Assembly: GCA_965112735.1 (NCBI GenBank)
Contig: OZ218954.1
Span: 4,154,001-4,218,000 of the forward strand
Source of the DNA: Phaeosaccion multiseriatum
Lineage: Eukaryota > Protista > Ochrophyta, other classes
Reading direction: 5' to 3'
Length of the DNA: 64,000 nt
The translations under genes and the position numbers were made by a program. Below the pieces are notes generated by a model that did not search any database, had not been told where the DNA came from, and worked only from the letters and a program-made list of their open reading frames with translations. Below are positions 1-11,715 of this stretch, piece after piece. How positions within the stretch are numbered: the first letter of the stretch is position 1; every line of letters starts with the position of its first letter.

Positions 1-2405
1 AAGACAAAAGACCACAGTCAATGGGATGGTGGCCAATGGCAGGCACACAAGAACCCAAAGGTATGGTGTTAGAAGGGGCTGAAACGGGTGGGGCGGAGTG
101 GGACACAGGCATCGGCAGCGCCCTCCTTCAAGACAACGTGTCACCGCCCTCTCTCTGGCTCCCTCCCCATCCGGTGCCATCCACCATCTGGTGCCATCAC
201 CCATCCCCCATTCCCCAACCGCCGCTACCTGTATCCACTGCCCGCCTCCCCCCCATCATTCAGTCCCATTCCCCAGCCCCCCCCCCCCCCGCCATCCATT
301 GCCATCCCCCTCCTCACCTGTATCCTCTGCACGAGGTTAGCGAAGTCCATGGTGCACGTCTGAAGTGTCTCCAGCGCCGCCTGACGGAGTTTCAGTTTCA
401 GTTTCAGTTTCAGTGTAGTATTGTAGACCCCTCCCCAAATCCCCACGGACATCCTTCCCATCCCATCGCCTCTGTCGCCTGTAGATTTATGTACCTAGAC
501 AACCCCCCCCCCCCCCATTCATCCATCCCTCCATCCATCCACTGCCATCCGCTATCTCCTGTCTACCTGGCAGTTGTCGGTACTGTGCTCGGCCTCGCAC
601 AGAGAGTACAGCTCGTCCACAGCGCGGTTCACGTTCTTGAATAGATAGTCCCACAGCCTGACGTAGTATGTCAACAAACAATAAGTCAGCAGGCAGGAAT
701 CGGTAAGCAGTAAGTCGACAGCAGTGAGGTTATTCAACACAGGAGCAAGGAGAAAAGTCGAGTGAAGTAGGGCAGAGGCAAACAAAAATGGCAAGTGCGT
801 GCAGTACTTTCCCTCCTATGCCTTCCCGTCCCTTCCACCTATACGCCACCTCTTACCTTTTGCTGAAGTTGCTGGTAGCCCCTCCAGAGCGGTCGCTCCC
901 GTGCTGGCTCGAGGCCTTGTCACACACAATACACGCCATATATGCCATACATACGCCACATTCCAAAATCCAAGGAGACCAACCGAGCGTAAGGGCCCGC
1001 TATTGTTTGAGCGAGTGACTGACCACAAAGGATATCACCTGTCCTCCCACATCCCACACCAATCCACTGCCACTCCCGCCCACAGAGCCTCTCTGCCCGT
1101 TACGTACCCTTCCCGCCCCCTTGTATCACCAACTCCCTCACCTTGCATGCTTCTCTCGTGGTCTTGAATGCCTCTCTGGTGGTCTGTGGTCCTCTCCTCT
1201 TGAGCGGACTCGTGCCCTTCTCCACCACTTGCCGAGCGAGGAGAACGCCGCCCCCGCTCCCCCCCAGCCCCCCCGCGGGACAGGTACCACCCGTCACTCT
1301 GCTGCCGCTGCTGCCGCCGCCTCCTTCCCTCCCTCCTCCTTCTCCTCCTCCTCCCCCTCCCCCTCCCCCGTCTCCTCCTCCCGGGCCCCCATACCCCGCC
1401 GCGCTGCTCGTCGTTGTACAATGACTACCCGTATGAGTCCCATAGCCTCCACCGTTCCGCATGGTGGTGGGCCGCGGTATGCCCACCATGCCACTGCCAG
1501 AGGTCCCCACCCCTGTGCTGATGTAGGACCCGTTCATGGGGGTGGGGGCACTGATGCCTCCTGCTGCCCCTCCTGCTCCTCCTCCTCCTCCTGGGCTGGG
1601 GTTAGGCACTCTCCTACACGGTGGCGAGAAGGAGAGAGGGAGAAGGAGGGTTAAGAGGGAGAGAGAGGGAGAGAGGGCTAGCGATAGAGAGGCGCGGAGA
1701 GAGAGGGGGGGGGGGGGGGGACTGAGAGGACGAGCAACAGAGAGGGAGGGAGAGAGAGAGGGAGAGCGAGAGAGAGAGAGAGAGAGACTAGATAGGATCA
1801 AGGGAGGGGAGGAGACTTGAAGAGAGAGGGGAGAGTAGGGTGAAGTCACATCCTCCGACTAGAGAGGGGTCGCTCGAGTATACGGTGGATGGGCAAAGCA
1901 CCGTACTACCTACGAGGAGGCAGGGAAGGAGGGCACGAGGGAAGGCAACGAGTCGAGTGGGGTGGATCGAAGTAGGGATGGTGGGTACAGAGGGTAGGAG
2001 GACCTCCAATACTCACCAGGAGAGAATGTTGCGAGCATCTGGGCCCTCGCTGCTGATGATCTTGGCGATGTCCGTGGACACTCGCAGGGGCTGCGGCTGG
2101 GACGCCGCGGGATCGGGGGGGGGGGACGGCGCCCAGCCTTCTCCTCCTTCTTCACCATCTTCTTCATTCACCCCCTCCTCCGCTTTGCCGTCATCGTCCT
2201 CCTGACCCTCGTTCTGCCCCTCCTTGTCCCTATCGACCGCTCCCTCCTCCTCCTTCTCGCCTCCTTCGATCTCGTCCTCCACTTCGTCGTGCCCAGGCTT
2301 TGTCTTGTGCCCCCCCTCCTCCGCGGCCTTGTCCCCTTCCTTCGCCACGTCCTCCCCAGGTTGCATGTTTTCCTCCTTCTGCCGGTTCCTGCGGGTCTCC
2401 TCCAT
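1..2405 (-). CDS. SCAPER-like protein (SCAPER_N domain), spliced, 3' end probably beyond window start
   Basis: Exons ~567-656 and ~318-380 join as RLWDYLFKNVNRAVDELYSLCEAEHSTDNCQ/AALETLQTCTMDFANLVQRIQ, resembling the SCAPER N-terminal motif (W.FLF.N..RAVDE.Y..CE). Upstream low-complexity exons at ~2017-2405, ~1142-1612 and ~857-916 have GT-AG ends. Confidence 0.7.
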
Positions 2406-2612
2406 CTCAAGCTTTTGTCAGACTGGAAGGAGTGCAGCAAGGCGGCAGCCTCAGACTGCCACAACACACAATGGCGAATGGGAGAGGATCCGTTCGTTGC
2501 ACATCACGTCCCCTTCTTCTTCTCTCTCCGCTCTCAACCTCCCTTCAACACCGTAATCGTCCAACTGGTCAGTTTTTTACTCTTAGCACACGGCGGCGAG
2601 GACAGAAACACC

Positions 2613-4444
2613 ATGTAAAGTGGAGGAGGCGCTGCAGCTCGTCCAAGAGTGGGAGCAAAAGAAGGGAGGGGAAGGGCGTCGGTGCAGATGCGGGGAAGCG
2701 TGAAGCTGCTGAAGGACTGCGGGCTTGAGATGAGATGAGTGAAATACGATGGCAAGACCGCGCTGACCCAAGCTTCATTAAAGGGCCATTTCGCTGCAGG
2801 AGCTCGTGGAGGAGGGTGCAGATGTGAGCAAATGTGATCGGTGTGAACTTCCTCCCTTAACTGCGGGTTTCGGCCCGTTTTAAGTATGCATCGTCGGAGC
2901 ATGGGGCCAAGGTGGAGGGTAGCTACGCCTTGCACAGTGCCACACAAGCCGGTTGTCGTGAGTCTGTGCGATTGCTACTCAAGCCCGGTGGAAGTTGAAT
3001 GAGGATGCATTGATAGTTACACACCAGCCAGGCGTTGGTGTGTAGAGGTGGACGACGGCAACACCAGCGAAAGAATGGAGGCCCTGTCCTTACTGCTGGA
3101 GCTAGGAGCGGATTTGAACGTCAACCATGACAACGGGTGGTCTCTTTTGCACTTCGCTGCTGAGGGAGGTCACGGTGAACTCATCGACGAGTTCGTCCGT
3201 CGAGGGCTGGAGGTGGACGCGAAGGACTCTTATCAGCGCACTCCTCTTCACCTCGCTGCTATGCACGGCACGTCCACCTGTGTGAAGGCGCTCATCCGCC
3301 TCGGTGCCTCCCTCGACGCTGTGGATTGCTAGACTAAGAGAACGCCACTCCACACTGCCCTGGAGTCCAAGAGGGTGGACGCTTCTGCCGAGCTGATCAA
3401 CGCGGGAGCCAACGTTAACGCCGAGCGAGACTGCAACATTGCACCCCTTCATCTGGCAGCAGCAGCATGAGGCTTGTGTACCTCCTGTTGGAGGCTGAGG
3501 CTGAGGTCGACGCTCTGACCACCAAGGGGAGCAGCCCCTTGATGGTGTGCTTGTCTCCCAGAAAGGGTGACAATGTGTCAGCCCTGTTTGGGTATGGAGG
3601 GTGGTCAGGATCGAAGGAAGATAGGGAGAAGGTGGCGGCACTCCTGCTGGAGATGGGCGCTGCCGTCACCAAGCCAGTCATGGCCTTGGCTGGAGAGAGC
3701 GATTGTGGGGACGTCATTGGGGCGCATTTCAGTAAGGAAAGGGACGCACGAGATACTTCTAATCGTGTTTGCAACACCATAGCTGGCCACATCTCTTCCG
3801 GCTCTGCCTACTCTGAGGCCGCCAAGGAGGGCCGTGTGGTGCGAGTGCGCTGGGTAGACAGGACGACGGGGAAGAGCAAGGACACGCAGTACACACTGAG
3901 CATACCCCTGATGGAGCTGCTGATGAACAAGACTGAGGGAGAGGGAGGGAGCTCTGACGGCTCGGACAGGCATGACACGGCTGCAGGCAGTCTCCCCACA
4001 ATGCTGGACCCGGCGGGGCGTGGCTTCATGGGCATCAAGGGCAAGGCCAAGGACGAGGTGGAGGTGACATTTGACGGAGTGGACTTTACCGAGGAGGGCT
4101 TTGCGGCTGTGGTGCAGTTCGTCACGACGGGTAGCGTCAAGAGCCTGCTTACCCGAGGGCGCCATGGGCAGCTGAGTAGTAGCGGCTGCTCCGAGACGGT
4201 CGGCGGCGGCGGTGGTGAAGTAGGTGGTGGGAGTAGTGAGGCAGGAGGAGAAAGGAAGAGGGAACGCGTGAAGCTGTTCGACGAGGTGAGAGCGAAGCAG
4301 GCTCTGCAGGCAGCGGGCTTCTTCTGCATCGAGGCCATGTCGAGGGAGGTGAAGGCGCTCATGACTCTGTACGGCTTCGAGCTGGCCAAGGAGGCGGAGG
4401 AAGAGGATGAGCCGCCGAGGAAGCGAAGCAGGGAGGATCCTTAG
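2613..4444 (+). pseudogene. Ankyrin-BTB family copy 1, disrupted 5' half, intact 3' ORF 3467-4444
   Basis: Homologous to copies 2 and 6 from ~2625. ATG at 2613 is followed directly by TAA; there are internal deletions, TAG at 3330-3332 and a 7-nt deletion near 3460. AATAAA at ~4500. Confidence 0.85.
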
Positions 4445-4703
4445 CCAGCCCTTGGCATCTTAGCTTGTGGCTTGCTGCTCTGCTCTATGAATACATTTCA
4501 ATAAAATTGGTGATGAAGGGGGGAGAATGGATGTCCGCGACATCGAGGTCGACTTGCAGAATGTGAGTTTTGCGGGGGCTCGACATTTGAGGAGCTGAAA
4601 CTGAAACTGGATCCTCCCCCGACCGCTCCTCTCCCTCCCGACTCCTTGCCCTTGTGCTCCCGCGTGTAGCATGGCGCTGGAAAGTGGGCACTGCTCCTAC
4701 TCT

Positions 4704-7518
4704 ATGGCATTGCTAGTGGTACTGGCATCGGTCACCGTTGGGCGGTGCTGGATCGTTCCACCAATTCCCTCTGCAACACCTTCCAGGCCAACGATGGGAT
4801 CAGCTCATGCATTGCTCAGGTATTTGCCTTCAACAGCAGCAGGACCTCACACGGGCCCTCCGCGCAAGCGAGGTCGGGCAGCGATGACCAGGTCAGTGTA
4901 GAAGAAGGGTAGAGAGGCAGCCAGGCCCAGGGTTTCGTTCCCCTCCTCCTCCCCTCATCTCTTTCTCACACACTCTCTCGTCCCACTGGTACGAGCAGCA
5001 GGCAGCGCATGGCATCGGATCCAGACGGAGAGGATTCAAGCGGCAAGACGGACCAGAGCAGAAAAAGAGGTAAGAAAATAGCCCCCCCCACCCCCCCCTG
5101 CAACACACATGATACCCTATTCCTTTCCAAGCCTCCACCCCTCCCTCAATACCTCTTCCTACGATGCGAATGCCGCTCATACGTCTTGTGCCTCCCCTCT
5201 TGTCGATAAAACAATCACACCCATACAATCACACGGTTCTGCAGAGCGAAACGTGCAGGAGCTGCGAGACTTGACATCTGCGATGGAGTCATCATCATCA
5301 TCGTCGTCGTCGGGAGAGGCCGACGGCGGGAAGGACGGCGGAAACGAGGGGGTTGAGAAGGAGGAGGCGAAGCAACAGGACGAAGACGAATCGTCGTCAG
5401 CTGCGGACGGGCTGCAGGGGTTATTCGACTTCTCCTTGTCGCTGGGGGGACAAGGGGAGGAGGAGGAGGAGGAGGAGAAGGGGGAAGCCGGGGCAGCAGC
5501 AGAAGAAGGAGGAGGAGGGGAAGGAGGCAGCGCTCCAGCCGAAAATGAGGTCTTTCAAGGACTTTCAGACCTCTCTCTGGCTCTAGGGGGGGGGGCACCG
5601 GAGGCGCCCAAGGGCTTGGACTCGACAATAGAGAAGGTGTTCGAAAGCGTGATTGCTGAGGTGAAGGCGGAGGTCGCCGAGAAGAAGAATGCAGCGCTGC
5701 TGGTACGTACGCAAGTATTGCATAGAAAGAGAAGCCGGGGAGGAGAGGAACAGGGACAGGGAGAGAAGGAGAGAGAGAGAAAGAGTTAGAGGTGGGGGAG
5801 GGAGGGGTGTGGGGGGAACAGAGGGAAGGAAAGAGAGGCGCGCTGTGTGTTTTGGGCCCTGAAATCGCACTATACCAAGCCTGTGATGACTGTTTTCTAA
5901 ACCATACCCGACGTTGACTTGTTCGTCTTAACCCTCCTCTCCCCTCCCCTCCCCTCTGCTCCGCTCCTCTCCTCTCCTCTTCCCCCTCCTTACTCTCTCC
6001 TCCTCCCCTCTCCTCTCCTCTCCTCTCTTCCTTCTCTCCCTCTCTGTCTCTGTCTCTCTCTCTTTCTCTCTTTCTCCACTTTCTCTCAGGAGGTGAAGTT
6101 GGAAGAGATAGAGGCGTTAGAACGTGTCAAGGAAGAGCTCGTAGGTACAGTATTTAATGCTCCCCATTACACCTCGTTAACTGTGATCGCTGTAATGCCC
6201 ATTGCGTGAACTGTGATGTGCATGACGTTCAGTATTTGCGTAATTGCGAGATGAAAGTTAACGAGATGGGCATGACTTTCCGTATGAGTTGCTTTGTTTC
6301 AGTGGTGTCCCATGTTCAGCATTAATTGTGCACTCCGCGCTTTCCATCTCCTTTTACTTAATTGGCTCAGACGAGATGGAAGCGTTTCGGAAAGAGCAGC
6401 GAGAGGCCGGGAAGGACACGATGCAGCGGGCGGAGAAGGATCTTGAGGATAGTAATGTAGAGGTCCGGAAGATAGAGGTGAGGGAGGGACGGAGGGAGGG
6501 AGGGACAGAAGGAGGGAGGGACAGAAGGAGGGAGGGAAGGAGAGCAGGAGGGAGGGAAGGAGAAAGGAGATAGAGGAAACGAGAGAGAGAGGAGGGAAGG
6601 AGAGGGGGAGGAGACGAGCGTCTTTCTCCTCCCTCCCTCATCCTCCCTCCGCCCACAACATCCTCCTTGCGACCAAATCCACCTGACCACCGACGCTCTT
6701 CCGTACACACGCACACTCACACACACAAGCACGTATATACATACACACCACCAACGTCGACTGACGCCTCCTACAACAACCCACTCACACCCTGATACAC
6801 GCACGCACACACACATACACACACACGCACACACACTTGCTTTCTTGCTTGTGTGAAGGCGTCCATCGAGGAAGAGATCAAGATGATAAAGGCCCTCGGG
6901 GAGGAGCTTGTCGGAGACGACCCCAGAGAGAGCACGTTTGGCAAGATCCTCGCCAAGCCAGGCTGGCAGAGGGCTGCACTTGCTCTGGCCATTGCCGTCG
7001 CCAACCAAGCAGCCAATCAGGTGGGAGGGCAGGGAGAGGGGAGGGGAAAGGATGGGAGGAGAGGGGAGAGGAGGGGAGGGGGAGGGGAGGGAGCAGGGAT
7101 GGTAGGGGATGGGAGGCGATGGCGAGGAATGGCAAGTCAACTTCTTTGCTTAGGCGGGAATTGCAGGGGAATGGGTGACAGAGCTCGACGGGCAGAGGGA
7201 ATGTATGGCCTGACTCCGTTGCTGCTCCTTGACCGTCCCCTCCCTCCCTACCTACCTACCTACCTACCTCCCCTCACCTTGCCTCCACTCCCTCACCTCC
7301 TTCCTCTCTCCCCTCCCCTCCCCTCCTCTCCCTCTCCCCCCGCCCCCCTTCCCTCCCTCTCCTTCCCTCCCCTTCCCTCGCACCCCAAACAGGGCTACTT
7401 GGTCTGGCAGGACAGAGGGGGTGACCTCACAGTGGCCTTGGCGGAGCTTGCCGTGGTGGGAGGGCTGTTGATTGCGTTTGCCCTGCCCGCTAGTGGCGAT
7501 GATGAGGAGAAGGATTAA
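4704..7518 (+). CDS. Hypothetical protein with signal peptide, coiled-coil and C-terminal hydrophobic segments (possibly plastid membrane)
   Basis: N-terminus MALLVVLASVTVGRC-W. Exons ~5244-5702, 6090-6144, 6371-6477, 6860-7020 and 7393-7518 are linked by GT-AG introns. Ends LAELAVVGGLLIAFALPASGDDEEKD*. 5' exon structure uncertain. Confidence 0.55.
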
Positions 7519-7749
7519 TTGACTGATTGGTTGGTTGGTTGGTTGGTTGGTTGACTGGCTGTCTGACCGCTTGACTCACTGATTCAATGACTGACTGATT
7601 GATTCACTGACTGGTTGACTGATTGGTTGATTCGCAGTCATCTGCACAGAGTTCCGCTGTCGCAAACCCCGTAAGTAGACTTAACAACGGAATTACCGTA
7701 GTACTTCGATCTATGTCTACCTACCTACCTATCTATCGATCGATCTGTC

Positions 7750-8377
7750 TCCGATGAGGGGGAGTGGTCTGTCATCTCCTCCTCCTCCGTCGCCGCTCTA
7801 CCCCTCTTCCTTCATGCATCCCTTCACCAGAGCCTGGGCCTCTCTCTTTCTCTTCTTCTTCTCCCCCCCGCTGGGCCGCTTACCCCCCTTCTTTCTCTTG
7901 CGCTTCTTTCCCTCCCCCAGCCCTCCTCCTCCTCCTCCTCCCCCGGGCCAAGCTGCTGCTGCTGCTGCTGCTGCTGCTGCACCAACTGCAGTATCACCAA
8001 CTGCTCCGCTTCTCTCCAACAAGGCCACAAAGAAGCCGTTTGTGTGGTCCTCCTCGGGCTTTGCCCTCACCATACACCGCACCTGAGCGGCGCTGAGCCC
8101 CTCTGTGGGCACCCCCCTCCGCCCCCACAAGGGTAGACATGGTACAAGCTGAAAGGGCTCAATCGGCGGCTGTCTTGCTCCTGCCGCCTCTTCTCCCCCC
8201 TGCCCCTGCTGCTGAGAATCCATCTGTGAGGCCAGCGCTGCCCGAACCACCAACTCGTTTTCTTCATGGTGGATGGAGCATGTTGAGTACACAATACGTT
8301 TCACCTGCAGAACCGATTAAGAGAGAGAGAGAAGCGAGTGTGAGAGAGAGAGTGACTGCCTGCCTGCCTGCCTGTAT

Positions 8378-8415
<38 letters not shown>

Positions 8416-10126
8416 GGTCTGTCTGTCTGTCTGTCTATCTAGCTGTATGTCTCAAACCGAAACAGGACCGAACACACACAGCATGTCTGCCCGAAACTCT
8501 CGTGTAAAGTTAAGTAAGCTACGTACCTGGGGGAAGCTCATCGCCTTTCTTAGAGCCGTGAGCTGGAACTGAGCCAGGGAGTGAATGCGAGCCTGAGCCT
8601 TGGCCCGACGTTTGTCATCAACTGTTCCTTCTGCTGCTGCTGCTGCTGCTGCTCCTCCTCCTCCGCCTTGCCTCTCCTCCTCCTCCTCCTCCTGCTGCTG
8701 CTGCTGCCCCTCCTCCTCTTCGTCCACGTCGTAGAGTCTGTCCGGGGTGGAGATGATACCGCCTGTTGTTGTGTTTGTTTCGCGGTATCGAGGGGTTCGA
8801 GATTGAAGATTCGAGATTGACGGTCCATTAGAAGAGAGTGTCGGGAGGGAGTGTACGGTAACAGAGAGAGAGAAAGAGAGAAGGCGAACGCGAAGGGTTG
8901 AACAGAGGAAGTAGGAAAGCAGACCGTGGGCTCGTCTTTCTGTTGTTGTTGTCCACAGAGGAGGGTTAACAAAACAAAACCACAACGCCCAGCCCCCCAG
9001 ATAGATAGAAAGGAGCAAGCAACACTTGACACGCAAACACCTGAAACTGAAACTGACACTCACTTCCACTGCAGCTGGGGTCGAGCAGGATGGCAGTGAC
9101 GTCCCTGTATGTGCGCGAGTTGGGATCCACCTCAAGAAAGTCCTGCAGGCTGGCGACGATGCGGCCCTCGCCGCCCGCCTCCTTGGCTCTGCGCTGCAGG
9201 GTACGGAGCCGCTGAGGGTCTGAGAGGGGAGGAGAGACAAGCAGAGGGAAGGGGATGACAGTGGATGGGGGAGGGGAAAGTAAGGTTAAGTAAGGCCCAT
9301 CCAAGTAAGGTCCATCCCATATCTGTCCAATACCATCAATCCATCCATCCATCCATCCATCCATCCATCCATCCACTGCCATCTCCTCCATCCATCCACT
9401 GCCATGTCCTCCATCCACCCAAGTACCGCCGTACCTTTGTCGAAAGCGAACACCTTGCACGTCCTCTCCCTCCGTTTCTCCTTCCCCTCCCCTCTCTTCC
9501 CCTTCCCCTTGGCCGCTCCTGCTTCTGCTGCTGCTGCTGCTGCGACTCCGGCGGCCCCGCTTCCGCTCTCCTCGCCATCCGCTGCCATCTTCTCCCTCTG
9601 GAAGAGCAGCGAAGCGGCGTGGGAGGTCTTGTTGCCAGGAGCCGCACACGCGTCGATCACGTCACCAAACACTGAGGAGTGGAGAGGCAGAGAGGCAGAG
9701 AGGTAGAGAGAGTGGCTTTAGTAGGCTGAGGCAAAGGCAGAGGGACACAGGGAGAGAGGCAGCAGGGGTAGATAAGTAGACAAGTCAGAGAGAGAGAGGT
9801 AAAGAAGCATTGTCCCTCTCCCTCTCCCTTCTCCCCCCCTCCCCCCCTCTCTCTCCCTCTCTCTCCCGTTCCCTCCCTTCCTCCCCCTCCCCCCCTCTCT
9901 CTCCCTCTCCCTCCCTCTCCCTCTGCCTCACCCTCTCTCTCTGCCCCCCCATCCCCAAGCAGGGCCTGAGCGGAGAAGCAGGAACTCTTGTCCTGCAGGA
10001 TGAGGCTCCCCTTCTTTACCATAGAACTGAGGTGCAGCTCCGTCCCCACCGGGAACACGAGCAGAGAAGGCACCACCGTATCCACCTGGGCATGCACACG
10101 CGCACACGCACACACGCGCAGAGAGA

Positions 10127-10174
<48 letters not shown>

Positions 10175-11488
10175 GAGAGAGAGAGACACTGCATAGAGTC
10201 AGCATGACATGCTTTTAGCTCACTGCTCATCTCCATCCACTGCCATCCCCACCCACCTGGGGATGTAAGCCGCTCTTGGCAAGCTCCTGAAGTGCCCCTT
10301 CCACGCTTATGCGCATGAGACTCACTCGCGCGTACCTGACGAGGGGGTGGATGGATGGCAGTGGATGGATGGTAGTGGATGGATGGCAGTGGATGAGGGA
10401 CGGGTTGGACTGAAACTGAGGCCCTGTCTTACCCACGCATTGGCATATTGCACCCACCTGGGGAAGAAGTGCCGCCTGGCGCGAGGGGGTAGCAGCATCT
10501 GCACCGAGGCTTCTGAGTTGAGGCCCTTCTCCTCCCGGAGCTGTGCAAGAGCTTGTTGGAGGGCGGGCTGGTGGCTGCTGAAGTGACGCTTGAGTTTGCC
10601 CCCTCCCTGCATGGGTGGGGTATAGGGTATAGGGTATGGGTATAGGGTATAGGGTGTAGGGTACAGGGTAGGGAGGGTAGTGTGTTGTGGGGACGATAAG
10701 GTATGGGTGAAACAGTGGATGGACAGGGTAGGAACAGGTTGGGGACAGGACAACGGCAGGACAATGACAGGACGGGATAGGACGGGACAAGTCAGCACAC
10801 AAGGCAAGCAAGCAAGCAAGCGAGCAGCACGCAAGCAACAGGCAGGCAAGCAAGCACGCAAGAGAATTTTTAGTGGGTCTCTGTGGAGCGGACCGAATCG
10901 GATCGTTATTCGATTGAAGTGAAAGCTTCTACCTCTTTACCTGGATGGACTTCTTGCCAAATAGGAGATCGTAAAGCATCACATAGCCCTGAGCCTTGTC
11001 ACGCACCAGCTCCGGGGAAAAGAGGGTGCCGCTGTGATAGGGAGGGGAGGGAGAGAGGGAGGGGGGGGGCGAAGGTGGAACATGAATATACTCCATCCAG
11101 GCGAGCAAAGAACAGTGCACCAAGACAGAGAGAGAGTGCAGGGGGTCTTGTCTAGAGAAAGCGATGCAAAATTGGTGTGTGGAGAAACCATGGGTGGGGT
11201 CCGGGGGATTGCTTCATTGATTCCCTCTCCTCCCCCGCTGGGCTGCCAGTTCCCGAATGGCAGAGAGCCTCACCTCAGGTCAGCAGCCTGTGCGAGCTGA
11301 TCGATGAGTGGCGTGAAGCGCAGCGTCTCACTGACCAGCGCATAGAGCTTCCTCTTGCGCTGCCTGGCGGGGTTGTTCTCGCCCCCCTCAGCTTCCTTGC
11401 CCCCCTTGAAGGCGAGCGTCTTGAGACTGCCCTTGCGCTGATTTACGGCCGACAGTAGGCGTGCGGCCTCTCTGTACTGGAAGGACAT
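7750..11488 (-). CDS. NSUN5: NOL1/NOP2/Sun family rRNA m5C methyltransferase, NSUN5/Rcm1-like, ~9 exons
   Basis: Motifs LYALVSETL, YARVSL, LILQDKSSCF, DVIDACAAPGNKTSH, ILLDPSCSGG, LAQFQ..L.KAMSFP, RIVYSTCSIHHEENELVV and HTNGFFVA on successive exons. Exact stop uncertain. Confidence 0.9.
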
Positions 11489-11715
11489 GTCTCTCTTTGG
11501 TCATACCCTTTTCTCTACTTGCACTAGCTGCCAAGTCTAGTTCAGGAGGGTTGGGCTATCTTCATCGTGGAAAGAGAAGGATTTGGGATGCAGGCAAATC
11601 ACTTTGTTTGTGTTTTTTTGCTTTGATGATCGTGGATGTTGTCGTTCCATCTATGCGTGTTGGTTCTTCGATTTGGCCCTAAAGTTGTCACTGATGATCT
11701 CACGTTCTATATTCA